Numbered from the stretch's first letter, positions 42,001 through 53,868 are shown. The stretch is 64,000 bases of DNA from Octopus vulgaris (GCA_951406725.2 OX597814.1:133176001-133240000); one strand, 5' to 3'. Translations and numbers: made by a program. Notes: generated from the letters alone by a model not told the origin.

Positions 42001-42785
42001 CACTGTCTTGGGACCACTGCTTTTTATAGTGGCCCTCTCAGATATGCCCTCAAATGCCCGGATAGCCACTCTAGCCAGCTATGCAGACGATACGAAAGTC
42101 TCGCAGAAAATACAGAACCCCAGCGATATTCCAAGTGCACATTACCTGGATGGCGACAAAGTGCGGACGACTGGCTGGGTGGATCCTAAGAACATTCAGA
42201 ACCAGAGATAAGGAAACCATGATGGTCCTCTGGCGGACATTCGTCCTCAGTCGCCTGGATTACTGCTCACAGTTATGGTCACCCACCAGTGTAAAATTAA
42301 CAGCGGACCTTGAAGCAATCCAGAGAAGATTCACAAAGAAGATCGTCTATTTGCAACAGCTCAGCTACTGGGAAAGGTTGAAACAGCTAAGACTCTACTC
42401 CCTGGAAAGAAGACGGGAGAGGTATGCAGTAATATATGTCTGGAAGATCCTGGAAGGAATTGTGCCAAATTTTGGCATTGTAAGCTACACCAATGCTAGA
42501 ACGGGACGACACTGCATAGTGCCAAAGATCCCAGCAATGCCATCACGCTTCAGGACCAGCTTCTGCAACAGCCTTGGTTTCAAGGGCCCACAGCTTTTTA
42601 ATATTCTCCCAAAGAGTCTGAGGAACTTGCACAAAGTAGATGTAGCGGTTTTTAAATCAAAACTGGACATCTTCCTGTCAAGAGTCCCAGATGAACCTAC
42701 CTCACGGCAAGAGGTGCAAATGAGAGTAGCTTTATCAAACTCCATTCTTCACCAAGTGCCACATATTAGACGAGGTTCGTCGTAA
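39093..42785 (+). pseudogene. LINE polyprotein: N-terminal region, CCCH zinc finger, APE endonuclease, reverse transcriptase (disrupted)
   Basis: CKFYLRGKCWHGEDGKNCRFAH (39690); LLNIGGL, LVETHL, HGGVAVYI, MGDFNFP, NILDLCF, SDHNII (EN); AGPDGFP, NYRPISLTS, QHGFRPGRSC, YLDFAKAFDKVDH, GVPQGTVLGPLLF, YADD (RT); several stops and frameshifts plus a deletion after YADD. Confidence 0.92.
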
Positions 42786-42880
42786 TAACAATGTAGCATA
42801 AAACGGCGGTGCATCAGCATGGCCGCAGCTCTGAGGCTGAAACTAGAAAAAATATATATATATATATTTTTTATATATAC

Positions 42881-42976
<96 letters not shown>

Positions 42977-43339
42977 AGAGGGGTGACCACCATGACGATC
43001 ATACCGAAGAGCTACGGAGAATTGCGTAAGTAAAACTGCGTAACTCTTGATAGCGAAACATGTCTGTGATTAATCTATATTTTTGTTTCTTGTCATTTGC
43101 CTTGCTCTCTTACGTTCTGGCGTTTGCTAAATTCTCTTGAGACCATTCCTTTCATAGTGGTAAGACCATAACGGATCTACTTCTAACAAAAGGATTGTCC
43201 ACGTAGTGGACATCCCTCCTATATGTATGTAATATAATTTTCTGAACCTTCAGATTTTAATATGCTTGACCACTGGTTTTAAATTGATATTAATCTAATT
43301 AATATTCAATTTTTTACCCTCATTATTTTAAATTGAAAT

Positions 43340-43410
<71 letters not shown>

Positions 43411-43706
43411 CATGTATCCTTTAAGATCGTTTACTGGAAACGTTTTTGAGTAGGCATATAAACGTTTCTATTTTATTATGTCGGCTACATCCTAGTGATA
43501 CCAACTCCCAATAGCAGTTTTATAGAGTTGTATCGTGCTGTGCCGATGTCATATAGGATACATACTAAACAATAGGTGGAATTTATGAGCACTTTATTGC
43601 ATCGCTACGTGCGTTTCCACAAATCGCATGTTACTTAAATCATAGTGATGATGTTCGACTTGTTTTGATAGTAGCAGCACACTTATCTCCCTCTTTTATC
43701 ATTACC

Positions 43707-43707
43707 A

Positions 43708-43790
<83 letters not shown>
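43707..43790. repeat. (TC)n microsatellite
   Basis: Directly visible. Confidence 0.95.
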
Positions 43791-43794
<4 letters not shown>

Positions 43795-45637
43795 CTTCGA
43801 CTGATTCCCACCAAATACATATAGAACTGGCCACATACAACCTTCAACCATTTCATTGCTGAAAATTGATAAACAGCCTTCAGTTATATATGCGTTGCTT
43901 CCAACGTTAATGCAATATTGCCTGAGGAAGCGAACGCGTAGATTATGACCTGCCCGATGTCCATGGGTACTATAGACTATATTGTAATCATCTTAGGAAT
44001 ACGGAATATGATCGTAAGAATTATGTGACTTCTGGAAGCGCGCGTAGCGATACGTGAAAATGTTTATAGATTCCATCCATGGATTATTATTATTTATTTG
44101 TAAAGGTTTATTTTTTTATTAAATGACCTTGTTATGTTTCCGATTCTATATGTAACTGTTTAATCCTGTCATGTACAAAAGAAGTCTTGGAACTGTCTGA
44201 ATTTTAAAGTGACCGTCTTGTGGCTCATTCTGAATGTGGAGATAGCGTAAAATACAGCACATGGCAGAAATTGTACCCGAAATGCTAGTGAACGAAATTT
44301 TGTACATATCCAACTGAGATGCGTTTTCTAAGAAAAATATATCACAAATGTTTATCCAAATTTAAAATATCTATCACTCAGATGTTATGCGAAAAATGCA
44401 AATTATATATATTTTGTGTCTACAATAGATCAGTTTGCAATTTTATTGCGTAGCGAAATGGTTCCATAGTTTCATTGTGAAATAATTGTATAGTTACTGT
44501 TGTCAAAGCGTTACATACATAGATCATATGCAGAAGAGTATAATGCTGAGTAGATGAGAGTAAATGAGATAGTCAAGTATAAGATAATGATTGTGAGGGT
44601 GCAGAAGTAAGGAAAGAATATTACAGTATTTTGTCTCTAAGAGAGGTTTCATTTCATGGTTATTTGGAAATTATATACACATCTCATTACTGCTTGCAAC
44701 AGTGATATTCATTTGACATTTTCACTGTAAAGAGAATATGCTTATTTTGAATCACATGATTGCGGTTGCTATATACGTACCATTAGAAAGGATACTCAAT
44801 GATTTTTTAAAGAATATATATTCATAACTGACATACTTTAAATATATGTTACTATAATAGGTGAATGAATATAGGAGAATTTTTCAGAATACAGAGTATA
44901 TATCCATAACATTTGGGTTTTGAAATTAAGACAACGTCTAAACACTCAGCAAAATAATTAGTGTGTTAAAAGAATAGAGAAGATAGCAAATGTACACAAA
45001 ATATATTTACATATATGTATGATTTTATTTCAAAAATTTACTACATATATTTGGTATTATTTTTAACTGATGTTTCTAAGCCAGTGTCTTTCTAATACTA
45101 AAGAAGAGAAAAGTTGCAAGGTTCCCTACAGAAATGAAATCTCATATCTGAACGAAGCCAAGTAGCAATGTTATACGTCTTACGTCAGACCTACCTGTCA
45201 GGAAAGATCCCTTAAACCAATAAGTCCAATAATAATTGAGCCTGCACAGTTAGAAGATATAGTATTAAATGTATCTGATACAATAAAAAAAAAAATTGTA
45301 ACATTGCCTACACGATTCGAAACTCGTATCTGCTGTAAATCATATTGCTGTACTAATTGCTAATCTAACTTAACATCATTTTTTCAAGTCCAAATTAGAA
45401 ACCTTAGCCTTAAAAAATCTAGGATTCATCATACTAGCGGCGGTATGTTAAGGGGTAACTCAGTCTATACAATATCAAGGCATCATGAGAGGAAGGGGAA
45501 AAGTAAGCATTTAAATATATCACATCTATTTGGCGTAGTTATTATCACAGATAGTGATACGGAAACAGTAGTTCAAAATAATATATAGCGGCATTTCAGA
45601 TAATACGCACAACAGATCATGGTATATAATCTGGTAG

Positions 45638-46054
45638 AAGGCGGCGAGCTGGCAGAAACGTTAGCACGCCGTGCAAGACGCTTAGCTGTATTTCGTCTAC
45701 TGTTACGTTCTGAGTTCAAATTCCGCCGAGGTCGACTTTGCCTTTCATCCTTTTGGGGTCGATAAATTAATTACCAGTTACGCACTGGGATCGATATAAT
45801 CGACTTAATCCGTTTGTCTGTCTTTGTTTGTCCCCTCTATGTTTAGCTCCTTGTGAGTAGTAAAGAAATAAGTATCTCGTCTGCCGCTACGTTCTGAGTT
45901 CAAATTCCGCCGAGGTCGACTTTGCCTTTCATCCTTTCGGGGTCGATTAAATAAGTACCAGTAATGCACTGGGGTCGATATAATCGACTTAATCCGTTTG
46001 TCTGTCCTTGTTTGTCCCTTCTGTGTTTATTCGCTTGTGGGTAGTAAAGAAATA
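45638..46054 (+). mobile_element. Dimeric tRNA-like SINE (head-core-tailA plus partial head-core-tailA) with 17-bp TSD
   Basis: GGCGGCGAGCTGGCAGAAACGTTAG head, B-box-like GAGTTCAAATTCC, core CCTTTCATCCTTTCGGGGTCGAT; TSD GGTATATAATCTGGTAG at 45621-45637 and 46055-46071. Confidence 0.92.
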
Positions 46055-47025
46055 GGTATATAATCTGGTAGTTGAGGTTATATAAATCAGTAGTTACTGT
46101 GTTAGAACGGAAGAACAAATTACACAAAAGTGTTCGTAAAAATGCATATATGCAAATATTCTTGTATATATTTTTGTCCAATGCGTCATGTACAGAGAAT
46201 GTGTTAAGTAAAGTATATTTGAATTGTATTCCTTCCTTTTCGTAGCAGCACGAAAAGCAAGTTACCGTTTTCGGTAAAACTAGTTCTACACATGTTTCAT
46301 ATTTAGAAATAGCTGAACCAACAGTTTCTTTCAACGGTGAGATTTTGTTTAATGGAGGACGTGTCACCATAAAGTGTGGTAGCTTATAGCTGCAATATCA
46401 TAGTTGACATGTGAGCTGCATAACTGATATTTGCCATAATAACTCTTGTAATGTTAAGATACAAAGGGAAGTGGACATTTCTTAAGCTGATGGTGAAAAT
46501 TCCCTAATAGTAATTGAACTATCCGACTTGTAACCCACCAGGACAGTCTATGGAATAACAAGACTTCTAGGTATAGTATAGAGAAGCAAAAGATTCCTTT
46601 TCATATTATATACTGTACCTATAGCAGTTCATTGTTTGATTCATTCCATTTTTCATATAATAGTGTCTATTACAGTGGTAGTACGGAATATCCAATCGAG
46701 AATATGGCTGGAGAGGATCTCTCCTGCGAAACGTCTTCGACATATAATTTTCTTTAAAAATGAAATATTTTTCATAGAAGTATAACTTTTCTCCTCAAGA
46801 AAGTGACAATGCCATTCTTCATCAGCATATTAACGGAAGTAATGCTGCTGGTAATTCGTGGTCAAAACGTAGGCCTGTTGTTGACGGTATACAAATTCAA
46901 TTGTTAAATGAAATGTATGGATGCAAGTTCGTATCGTTTGCACGTTGCATATGTCGTTTTCCTTTAAAATGTAAGCCAAAGTATCACTACTATTTCATTG
47001 GTATGACAATGCCTAGTATTTACTG

Positions 47026-47425
47026 AGGCGGCGAGCTGGCAGAAACGTTAGCACGCCGGGCGAAATACCTAGCCGTATTTCGTCTGTCGTTACGTTCTGA
47101 GTTCAAATTCCGCCGAGGTCAACTTTGCCTTTCATCATTTCGGGGTCGATTAAATAAGTACCAGTTACGCACTGGGTTCGATATAATCGGCTTAATCCGT
47201 TTGTCTGTCCTTGTTTTTCCTCTGTGTGTTTAGCCCCTTGTGGGTAGTAAAGAAATAGGTATTTTGTCTGTCTTTAAATTCTGAGTTCAAATTCCACTGA
47301 GGTCGACTTTGTCTTTCATCTTTTCGGGGTCGATAAATTAAGTACCAGTTGCGTGCCGGCGTCGATCTAATCAACGGGCCCCTTCACCCAAAATTTCGGG
47401 CCTTGTACCTAGTGTAGAAAAGAAT
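47026..47425 (+). mobile_element. Chimeric SINE dimer (head-core-tailA plus partial head-core-tailB)
   Basis: Same head and core as 45638; first unit ends AGCCCCTTGTGGGTAGTAAAGAAATA (47257), second ends AAATTTCGGGCCTTGTACCTAGTGTAGAAAAGAAT. Confidence 0.9.
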
Positions 47426-47440
47426 ATATTGTATCAACTA

Positions 47441-47662
47441 AGGCGTCGTGCTGGTAGAAACTTTAGGACGCCGGGCGAAATGCTTAGCGGTATTTCGTCT
47501 GTCTTTATGTTCTGAGTTCAAATTCCACCGAGGTCGACTTTGCCTTTCATCCTTTCGGAGTCGATAAATTAAGTACCTGCTGTGTACTGGTGGTCGATCT
47601 AATCGACTGACCCCCTCCTCCAAAATTTCGGGCCATGTGCCTAGATTAGAAAAGAAAAGAAT
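47441..47662 (+). mobile_element. Monomeric SINE of the same family with tail B
   Basis: AGGCGTCGTGCTGGTAGAAAC...GAGTTCAAATTCC...AAATTTCGGGCCATGTGCCTAGATTAGAAAAGAA. Confidence 0.9.
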
Positions 47663-49604
47663 ATCTTGTTTCTACCATCGAATACATTAAAACATTCGGA
47701 AATCTATGAATGGTGGAACAGAATCATTTATTACCCGGAAGAGTAACCTGGTATTTCTACTACTACTACAACTACTCCCATTACTACTAATACTACTTCG
47801 AATATATACAATAAACAAAATAAATTCTATAGTAAAAGACATTTTTGTCAAGGGCGCATTTTCCTATTTATGATTTTCTAACACTTAACGTTACCAACTG
47901 AATGAAAATTTGGCAGACAATATACCAGTAGAAACTCCATTATCGTGAAAATCTAGTTCTACTGTTGCTCATCTCCAATGCCAAATTAGCTTATAGTGAC
48001 TGGGTGAGAAGCTTAAAGCGGTTTGTGGTTAACATCATTACAATATGGAAGAAGAAAATAGCAAGAAAAAATGTCAGTATGCCTATGAAGAAAATATGTT
48101 AATTCTATCAACTTCTCGACAAAACCGGAACCTTCAATGAATACATTATAACCTGAGGTTGCGTATACTTTGTTCCGAAAGTGAGTAATGTCCTCGGCCA
48201 ATATTTCAGCGTGCAATGTCCTGTCTGGCAGATATCCTGGACAGTATTTGTTATGGGCCCATGTCCAAGATTATGAATGCACTAAGAAAAAGGTTACTGG
48301 GTAAGTCTCGTCATAAATCTTGTGTCATACTTGACACTTTTGCGATAAACCCTGCTGCCAAACTGGTGTCAAATGCATCATTCTGCACTTTTGTGTTTCA
48401 ATACCAGTGAGGCAGACAGGAGAATTTTGATTACGCCTTCGTGAGATGACTTGAGTGTCACGGTTTTCGATGGACCAATAATGCAACACACCTTTGTTAA
48501 TCGAAACAGATTGATACCAAGGAAAAAGATAAACGTACTGACACTTTAAAAAGAATATTGTCTTACAGTGAACTTTAAGAACTTAAGATGGTATAAACCG
48601 TTAGCACTTTCCTATTTCATATATTTGCACGAACCAATAATGGACATACTACGTAGGTTTTCGAATTGCTAGAAATAGCACTACGTTACTTAACAGACGC
48701 TTTGTCATCTTTAAAAAGCTAATTACATATTGGATAATACATTTCAGAGAAACTATGTCCGAAAAGACTGGACGGCTTAGATACGATGCCTTTGTATTTG
48801 GTTACGTCCGACAATAGCTAATATGAGGTAAACCACTTACTTGATTATGACTTAATATTCTATGACGAAGATAGTCTACTGAGCGGGACGTCTGTATAAT
48901 ATTACTTTGCTATTGATTTGAAAGGGTGACGTCGTAATTAAATTAATTCGAAATATGCCGGTAAAATCATATTAACATGACATATTTAATCTTGTATTGT
49001 ACTTGGACTGCCTAAACCTATAACTTTAGAGAAGTGATTAACAATAATTACGAGAAAAATTTAAAATAAATAAAATGACTTGTTTCAATTTGAAAGCTTT
49101 GACCACTGAATAATCTGTTCAAAATCTGTTCAAAATATGATTATGTAAAATACCCACGAAATTATGATAATTGGGGATATTTTACATCATCTAAGTACTA
49201 CCCTATTATTACGAAGAATTAAAGGAGTACTGGCAAAAAATAACTGAGAAACGGAGAAAGAATAACAACATTGTTTACTAATGCGAGTTACGAAGTGCAA
49301 TAATTTATAAATGATATATAATCTTCAGGATCTGCATTAGTGGTTTCCTACTCCATATCATTCTATTTTCTTTCTTTCAGATCAGTAACTCTTCATCTTT
49401 ATGGGCATAACGGAAACTAAGTACCACTTGACATTCATTTTTGTAAACTTTACAAATTGCGTAGTTTTAAAATATGATTACCATTCTGCAACATTAAATA
49501 GTCACTGAATCACAGAAAAAATTACTAGAAATTTTAAGTTTCATTACAAACCTTCTTCTAGTAACACGGAGTGCTGTCCAACAACACACACACACACATA
49601 TATA

Positions 49605-49664
<60 letters not shown>

Positions 49665-49818
49665 GGGTGTGTGTGATTGTGTATAGAAGAATATATTAAT
49701 AAAAGGGATTCCAACCTTGTCTGATTTTCACGTTTTATTTACAATCTTATAATGATATAATATAAGATAATATAATATAATAAAATAAAATAATAGAATG
49801 TTAAATGTTCATTCTGAT

Positions 49819-49863
49819 TGAACTAGTACTTTCATGCATTAAATTATGCAATCTTCAGGTTCA
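49819..49863 (-). ncRNA. Minimal type I hammerhead ribozyme
   Basis: Minus strand: TGAAC (stem I), CTGAAGA (core), TTGCATAATTTAATGCAT (stem II TGCAT/ATGCA), GAAA, GTAC (palindromic stem III), TA, GTTCA (stem I'). Confidence 0.85.
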
Positions 49864-50269
49864 TGTAGTAGTGGTGACAGTCATGCTTCACAATTTTTGA
49901 CTGTAGCGAGATGATTAAATCTGTGCCTTAAATACAGCTGTGTGGGCTCCAGATTGCTAGGTTTTGCAAACTGTATACTGACCAATCAGTGTGTAGTATC
50001 ACTCAATTACTTAAGCTGATTGGTTTAGGCGTCACGCTTTGTTGAACATGTCAAGAGTCCTGTATCTTAACTCTGGCCGAGGCAGCAATTGTTGGTCTAT
50101 TTTTAGAAATGTTGTAAATAGCCTTTGTCAGAGAATTTTATATTTTTATATTTCAATTGTCATCATCATCATTGTCAGCACCTTAATTATTGTTGCTAGT
50201 GGTGATGGTGGTGGCAATAGAACTTTTAACCCTAAATAAGATAATTTTCCTGCTATCTAAGTATTATTA

Positions 50270-51199
50270 TTATTGCTTATTTAGCTTGGGTTCGAATTTA
50301 TCAATAAAATTCTTTTCTCTGATTTTCCTCTCGATTTCACTTGGGCTGTGTAATTTGTAGAATGGAAATATTATATATATTTTCCGACCACATGTTGCTA
50401 GGTGGTTACTCAAGGGTATCTGACGGACCTCTGGGTCTCTAATCTGTTGTCGGTGTACACGTGAGATTTCTGATAGTGCATTTCCCGTCTGACCTACATA
50501 TATTTCTTCACAATTTGGGCATTTGATGCCTGTAAATTAAATTTCTGCTTTTGCAGTTCATATTCGCGTTTGTGAATATTTTCCCGGTTTTTGTGTTTAT
50601 ATATTGGCCGGTATGTATGAATTGGCATGTGCCACATCGGCTATCATTGCATTTAGATACAGTGAATGTTTGGTCTTTGTTGCTAAGGTCAAATTTTGCC
50701 TTTGTTAGTAATTTTTTCAAGTTTTACTAAGAACCATAGCTCGATCCGTGATTATGTCTTTTAATTCATTACTTTGAGCAATGATTGGTAGGTTTGCTTT
50801 GGAAATGTTGAAGATACTCTGGTGACATGGGTTGTGTGTCACTATGAATGGTATGGCTTGTTCTTGTTTTCCTCTTCCTTGGGTTGTCCTCAGTTGTTAT
50901 ATGGGTAATTTTATAGCCCGCTGTATGCCATTTTCTATAAGTAGAGATGGGTATTTTTGTTTGAGCAAAAATTCTCTTAGTTCTATTAGGCGTTTGTTCC
51001 TGATATTTGCATCTTCTATAATGGTACACATTCTTCTGGCTAGGCAGTATAGGATGTTGCGTTTTGTATGTGGTGGATGGCACGACTTAAAATTTAGGTA
51101 TTGATGTGTGTCTGTGTGTTTATAGTATATATCTGTGGTGATGGTGGTGTCTTTTTTAATTACCATTATATCTAGGAATGGTAATTTGGTACTACTCAT
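50270..51199 (-). pseudogene. Penelope RT-GIY-YIG ORF remnant
   Basis: ORF pieces 50897-51199 and 50508-50720 plus frameshifted YVGQTG...FIDKFEPKLNKQ*. Confidence 0.85.
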
Positions 51200-51332
51200 C
51201 TCCTTTGTTATTATGGATACCGAATACTATAAGCATTTGGTTGAGGACCAACTGAAGGACACAACCTTCTATTGTGAAATACCCTCAAATATAGACCACC
51301 ACATCATGAAAAAGATCAACAACCTGAAAGCC

Positions 51333-51569
51333 AGTATATAAATAAAGAAACCTTTTAGGTAAATTTTACAAATTATTCTATAATTATGTACATACTTACA
51401 ACAACGGATCTGCTATGTGCCTCGCCGCGTATGGTAGTAAAAAAGACGTTAGCGTCTATTTCTAATTCAGTATGTGGTGAGGCACATAGCTGACCCGTTG
51501 TTATAATTATGTATATAATTATAGAATAATTGGTAAAATTTACCTGAAAGGTTTTTTATTTATGTACTG
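51333..51569. repeat. Fold-back palindrome with ~100-bp arms and ~37-nt spacer
   Basis: 51333-51432 pairs with 51470-51569, with about a dozen differences. Confidence 0.92.
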
Positions 51570-51615
51570 TCTACCAGGTAAAATTATAAGTAATTTTACC
51601 CTATATTATTAACAT

Positions 51616-52120
51616 AAGAGGATCAAGGTGACCAACACCGACGTTCTGACTCGTGCTGGCATCCCTTCTATGTACACCTTGCTGAGACAACGTCGACTAC
51701 GCTGACTAGGCCACGTTCGCCGTATGAAAGACGGTCGAATCCCAAAAGACATTCTCTCGGAGAACTCGCAGCAGGACAGAGGAACAAGGGTCGCCCACAG
51801 CTGAGGTACAAGGACGTGTGCAAGAGGGACATGAAGGCACTCAATATAGATATCAACTTCTGGGAGGACCTGGCAGCGGACCGCACCAGACGAAAAAGCA
51901 CACTTCTCAAATAGCTACGGATCGGTGAAGAGGAGCTGTCAGCTGCAGCTGCAGAAAAGCGAGCCCGACGTAACGGATCGACAGCCAACAGACCAGAATC
52001 CACACACAGATGTGATCTATGCGACCGAGACTGTCATTCTCAAGCCGAGCGGCCCAACCTAGACTATAAATGGACAGACGTGATACTCATGGTCAGCCAT
52101 GACCGAAGGTGGCCTAAAAT
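51616..52120 (+). mobile_element. 5'-truncated RTE-clade LINE fragment with (CATA)n/(TA)n tail
   Basis: VTNTDVLTRAGIPSMYTLLRQRRLR*LGHVRRMKDGRIPKDIL..GEL..G.RNKGRPQLRYKDVCKRDMKAL.I...WEDLAADRTR; C-terminal CDLCDRDCHS. Confidence 0.9.
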
Positions 52121-52122
52121 AC

Positions 52123-52203
<81 letters not shown>

Positions 52204-52714
52204 GAGCGAGAAAGAGTGAGACAGAGAGACACAAAGAGAGCAAGTTATAGTAGCCATTCCTCTGGCTTCTTGCTCACTTCTGCATACAGCAGCGACCATC
52301 CCATATCGTCTATCTTTTTGCATGTGTAGCACTAGGGACTACACATCTTCAAAGCATTTTTCAGTTTCTGCCGGAGTAGGAAACTGAGGTTTCCTCTCAT
52401 TGCGAGAGACACATTTATAAAAAAATGGTTCCTCTTTCGGAGTATTTTCCCTCCTCACTAAGGCGCATAATACCTGGTTTCATAATGTCACTCTTGTATT
52501 TCAGAGCCTTAATTTTATTAGTCATCCACTGAAAAAATAGCCCAATTGCTAACGACTTTAGAAAAGGAAGTAGCTTTGTTATTATTGCTGCTCCTGCTAT
52601 TGTTCGTGGTGATGGTGGTGTCGTTGTCGTCGTCGCTGTTCTTTTCAATCGTATTGTTCATGTTACTTTTTTTGTTTTCGATTTTGTTCATCAATGTTGT
52701 TGATACAGTTGCTG

Positions 52715-53552
52715 GGATCTTTTCTGTTTGATGGACGGAATTTTCTAGTTAACTAAACAATTTGAAACTTCGTATACTGGTAGAATGTGTCAAAAGAAAA
52801 CATTATTGTAAGCAAAATTGAAAACAAAATTGTAATTCGTAACTTTAACGTAGTTTAATTCTACGAATTTTAACCAATGAAATTGCAGCATTCGAGCTCA
52901 AATTATTTGTTGCGTCTAAAAACTCACACGCACACGTCTTATTCATCCTTTCTCTCTCTTCTGTCTACATGTGCTAGAAATAACAGCTATATCTCTTAAA
53001 TCGATGAATTTCGTCGCCCAATAAAAATATTAACGATATATTTTGAATATTTCCTTTAATTTTTTTTACCGAAAAGGCTTCTCCCATGGTTTTGAAGGGC
53101 CAGAAACAACAAAAACAAAACAATAATATGCCTAAATCGGTCTAGAGTTTGCGCGTGGAGTGTGATTCGTATTATTTTTATTTTTTATTTTATCTAGTTT
53201 CAGCTCACGAGCTTTGGCTATTCTGGGGCACCGCCATTTGTAAAAATTTGCGAAATATTTTTTCATAAAAGGATGCCCCAGCTTGTCGGAAGCTGTGATA
53301 TAAGTTGTGAAAAAAATCCTCGACACCAGTGCGTAATTGGTACTTAATTTATCGACCCCGAAACGATGAAACATTGACCCCCCCTTCTAGTTTATTTACT
53401 TTTTGTGTAAATCTGTTACAGCATGGGGCAACTCACGAAAGTGTATGTATGCTTGTGTGCGTATGTGTGTGCATGTATATGTCCGTTTGTATGTGTGTGT
53501 ACGCTTATATATTAATTACTATGTGCTTGTGCAAATGTATATGCATGTGTTT

Positions 53553-53586
<34 letters not shown>

Positions 53587-53591
53587 GAGTG

Positions 53592-53644
<53 letters not shown>

Positions 53645-53868
53645 TGCGTCTGCTATATTTCTTTATCAATATCGATAACGCAGCAATGCTGGGGTTTCAT
53701 TGGTTAAAATTCGCAAAATTAAACTACGTTTAAGTTACAAATTACAATTTTGTTTTCAATTTTGTATACAATAATGTTTTTGTTTTTTTTTGACACATTC
53801 TACCAGTATACGAAGTTTCAAATTTTTTAGTTAACTAGAAAATTCCGTCCATCAAACAGAAAAGATCC
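52715..53868. mobile_element. Non-autonomous long-TIR DNA element (MULE- or Merlin-like) with 9-bp TSD
   Basis: About 175-bp TIRs starting GGATCTTTTCTGTTTGATGGACGGAATTTTCTAGTTAACTAAA (52715-52891 / 53686-53868); TSD CAGTTGCTG at 52706-52714 and 53869-53877; SINE scraps and microsatellites inside. Confidence 0.88.

Larger units (their letters stand above)
38300..42852 (+). mobile_element. Near full-length CR1/L2-group non-LTR retrotransposon (5' boundary uncertain)
   Basis: 5' repeats, N-terminal region with CCCH finger, APE endonuclease, RT, C-terminal SRLDYCSQLWSP / YSLERRRERY, structured 3' tail running into (TA)n. Confidence 0.9.
49690..51332 (-). mobile_element. 5'-truncated and 5'-inverted Penelope-like element (RT C-terminus, GIY-YIG, 3' region with hammerhead)
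   Basis: LPFLDIMV..TDIYYKHTDTHQYLNFKSCHPPH (PLE RT thumb); CNDSRCGTC..NCKSRNLIY..YVGQTG..RVHRQQIR (GIY-YIG); inverted RT piece at 51200-51332. The left boundary is approximate. Confidence 0.88.

Noticed and set aside
45900-46370. 156-aa minus-strand ORF ending IDPERMKGKVDLGGI
   Set aside because: The C-terminal part is the antisense reading of the SINE core, and the rest has no recognisable domain.
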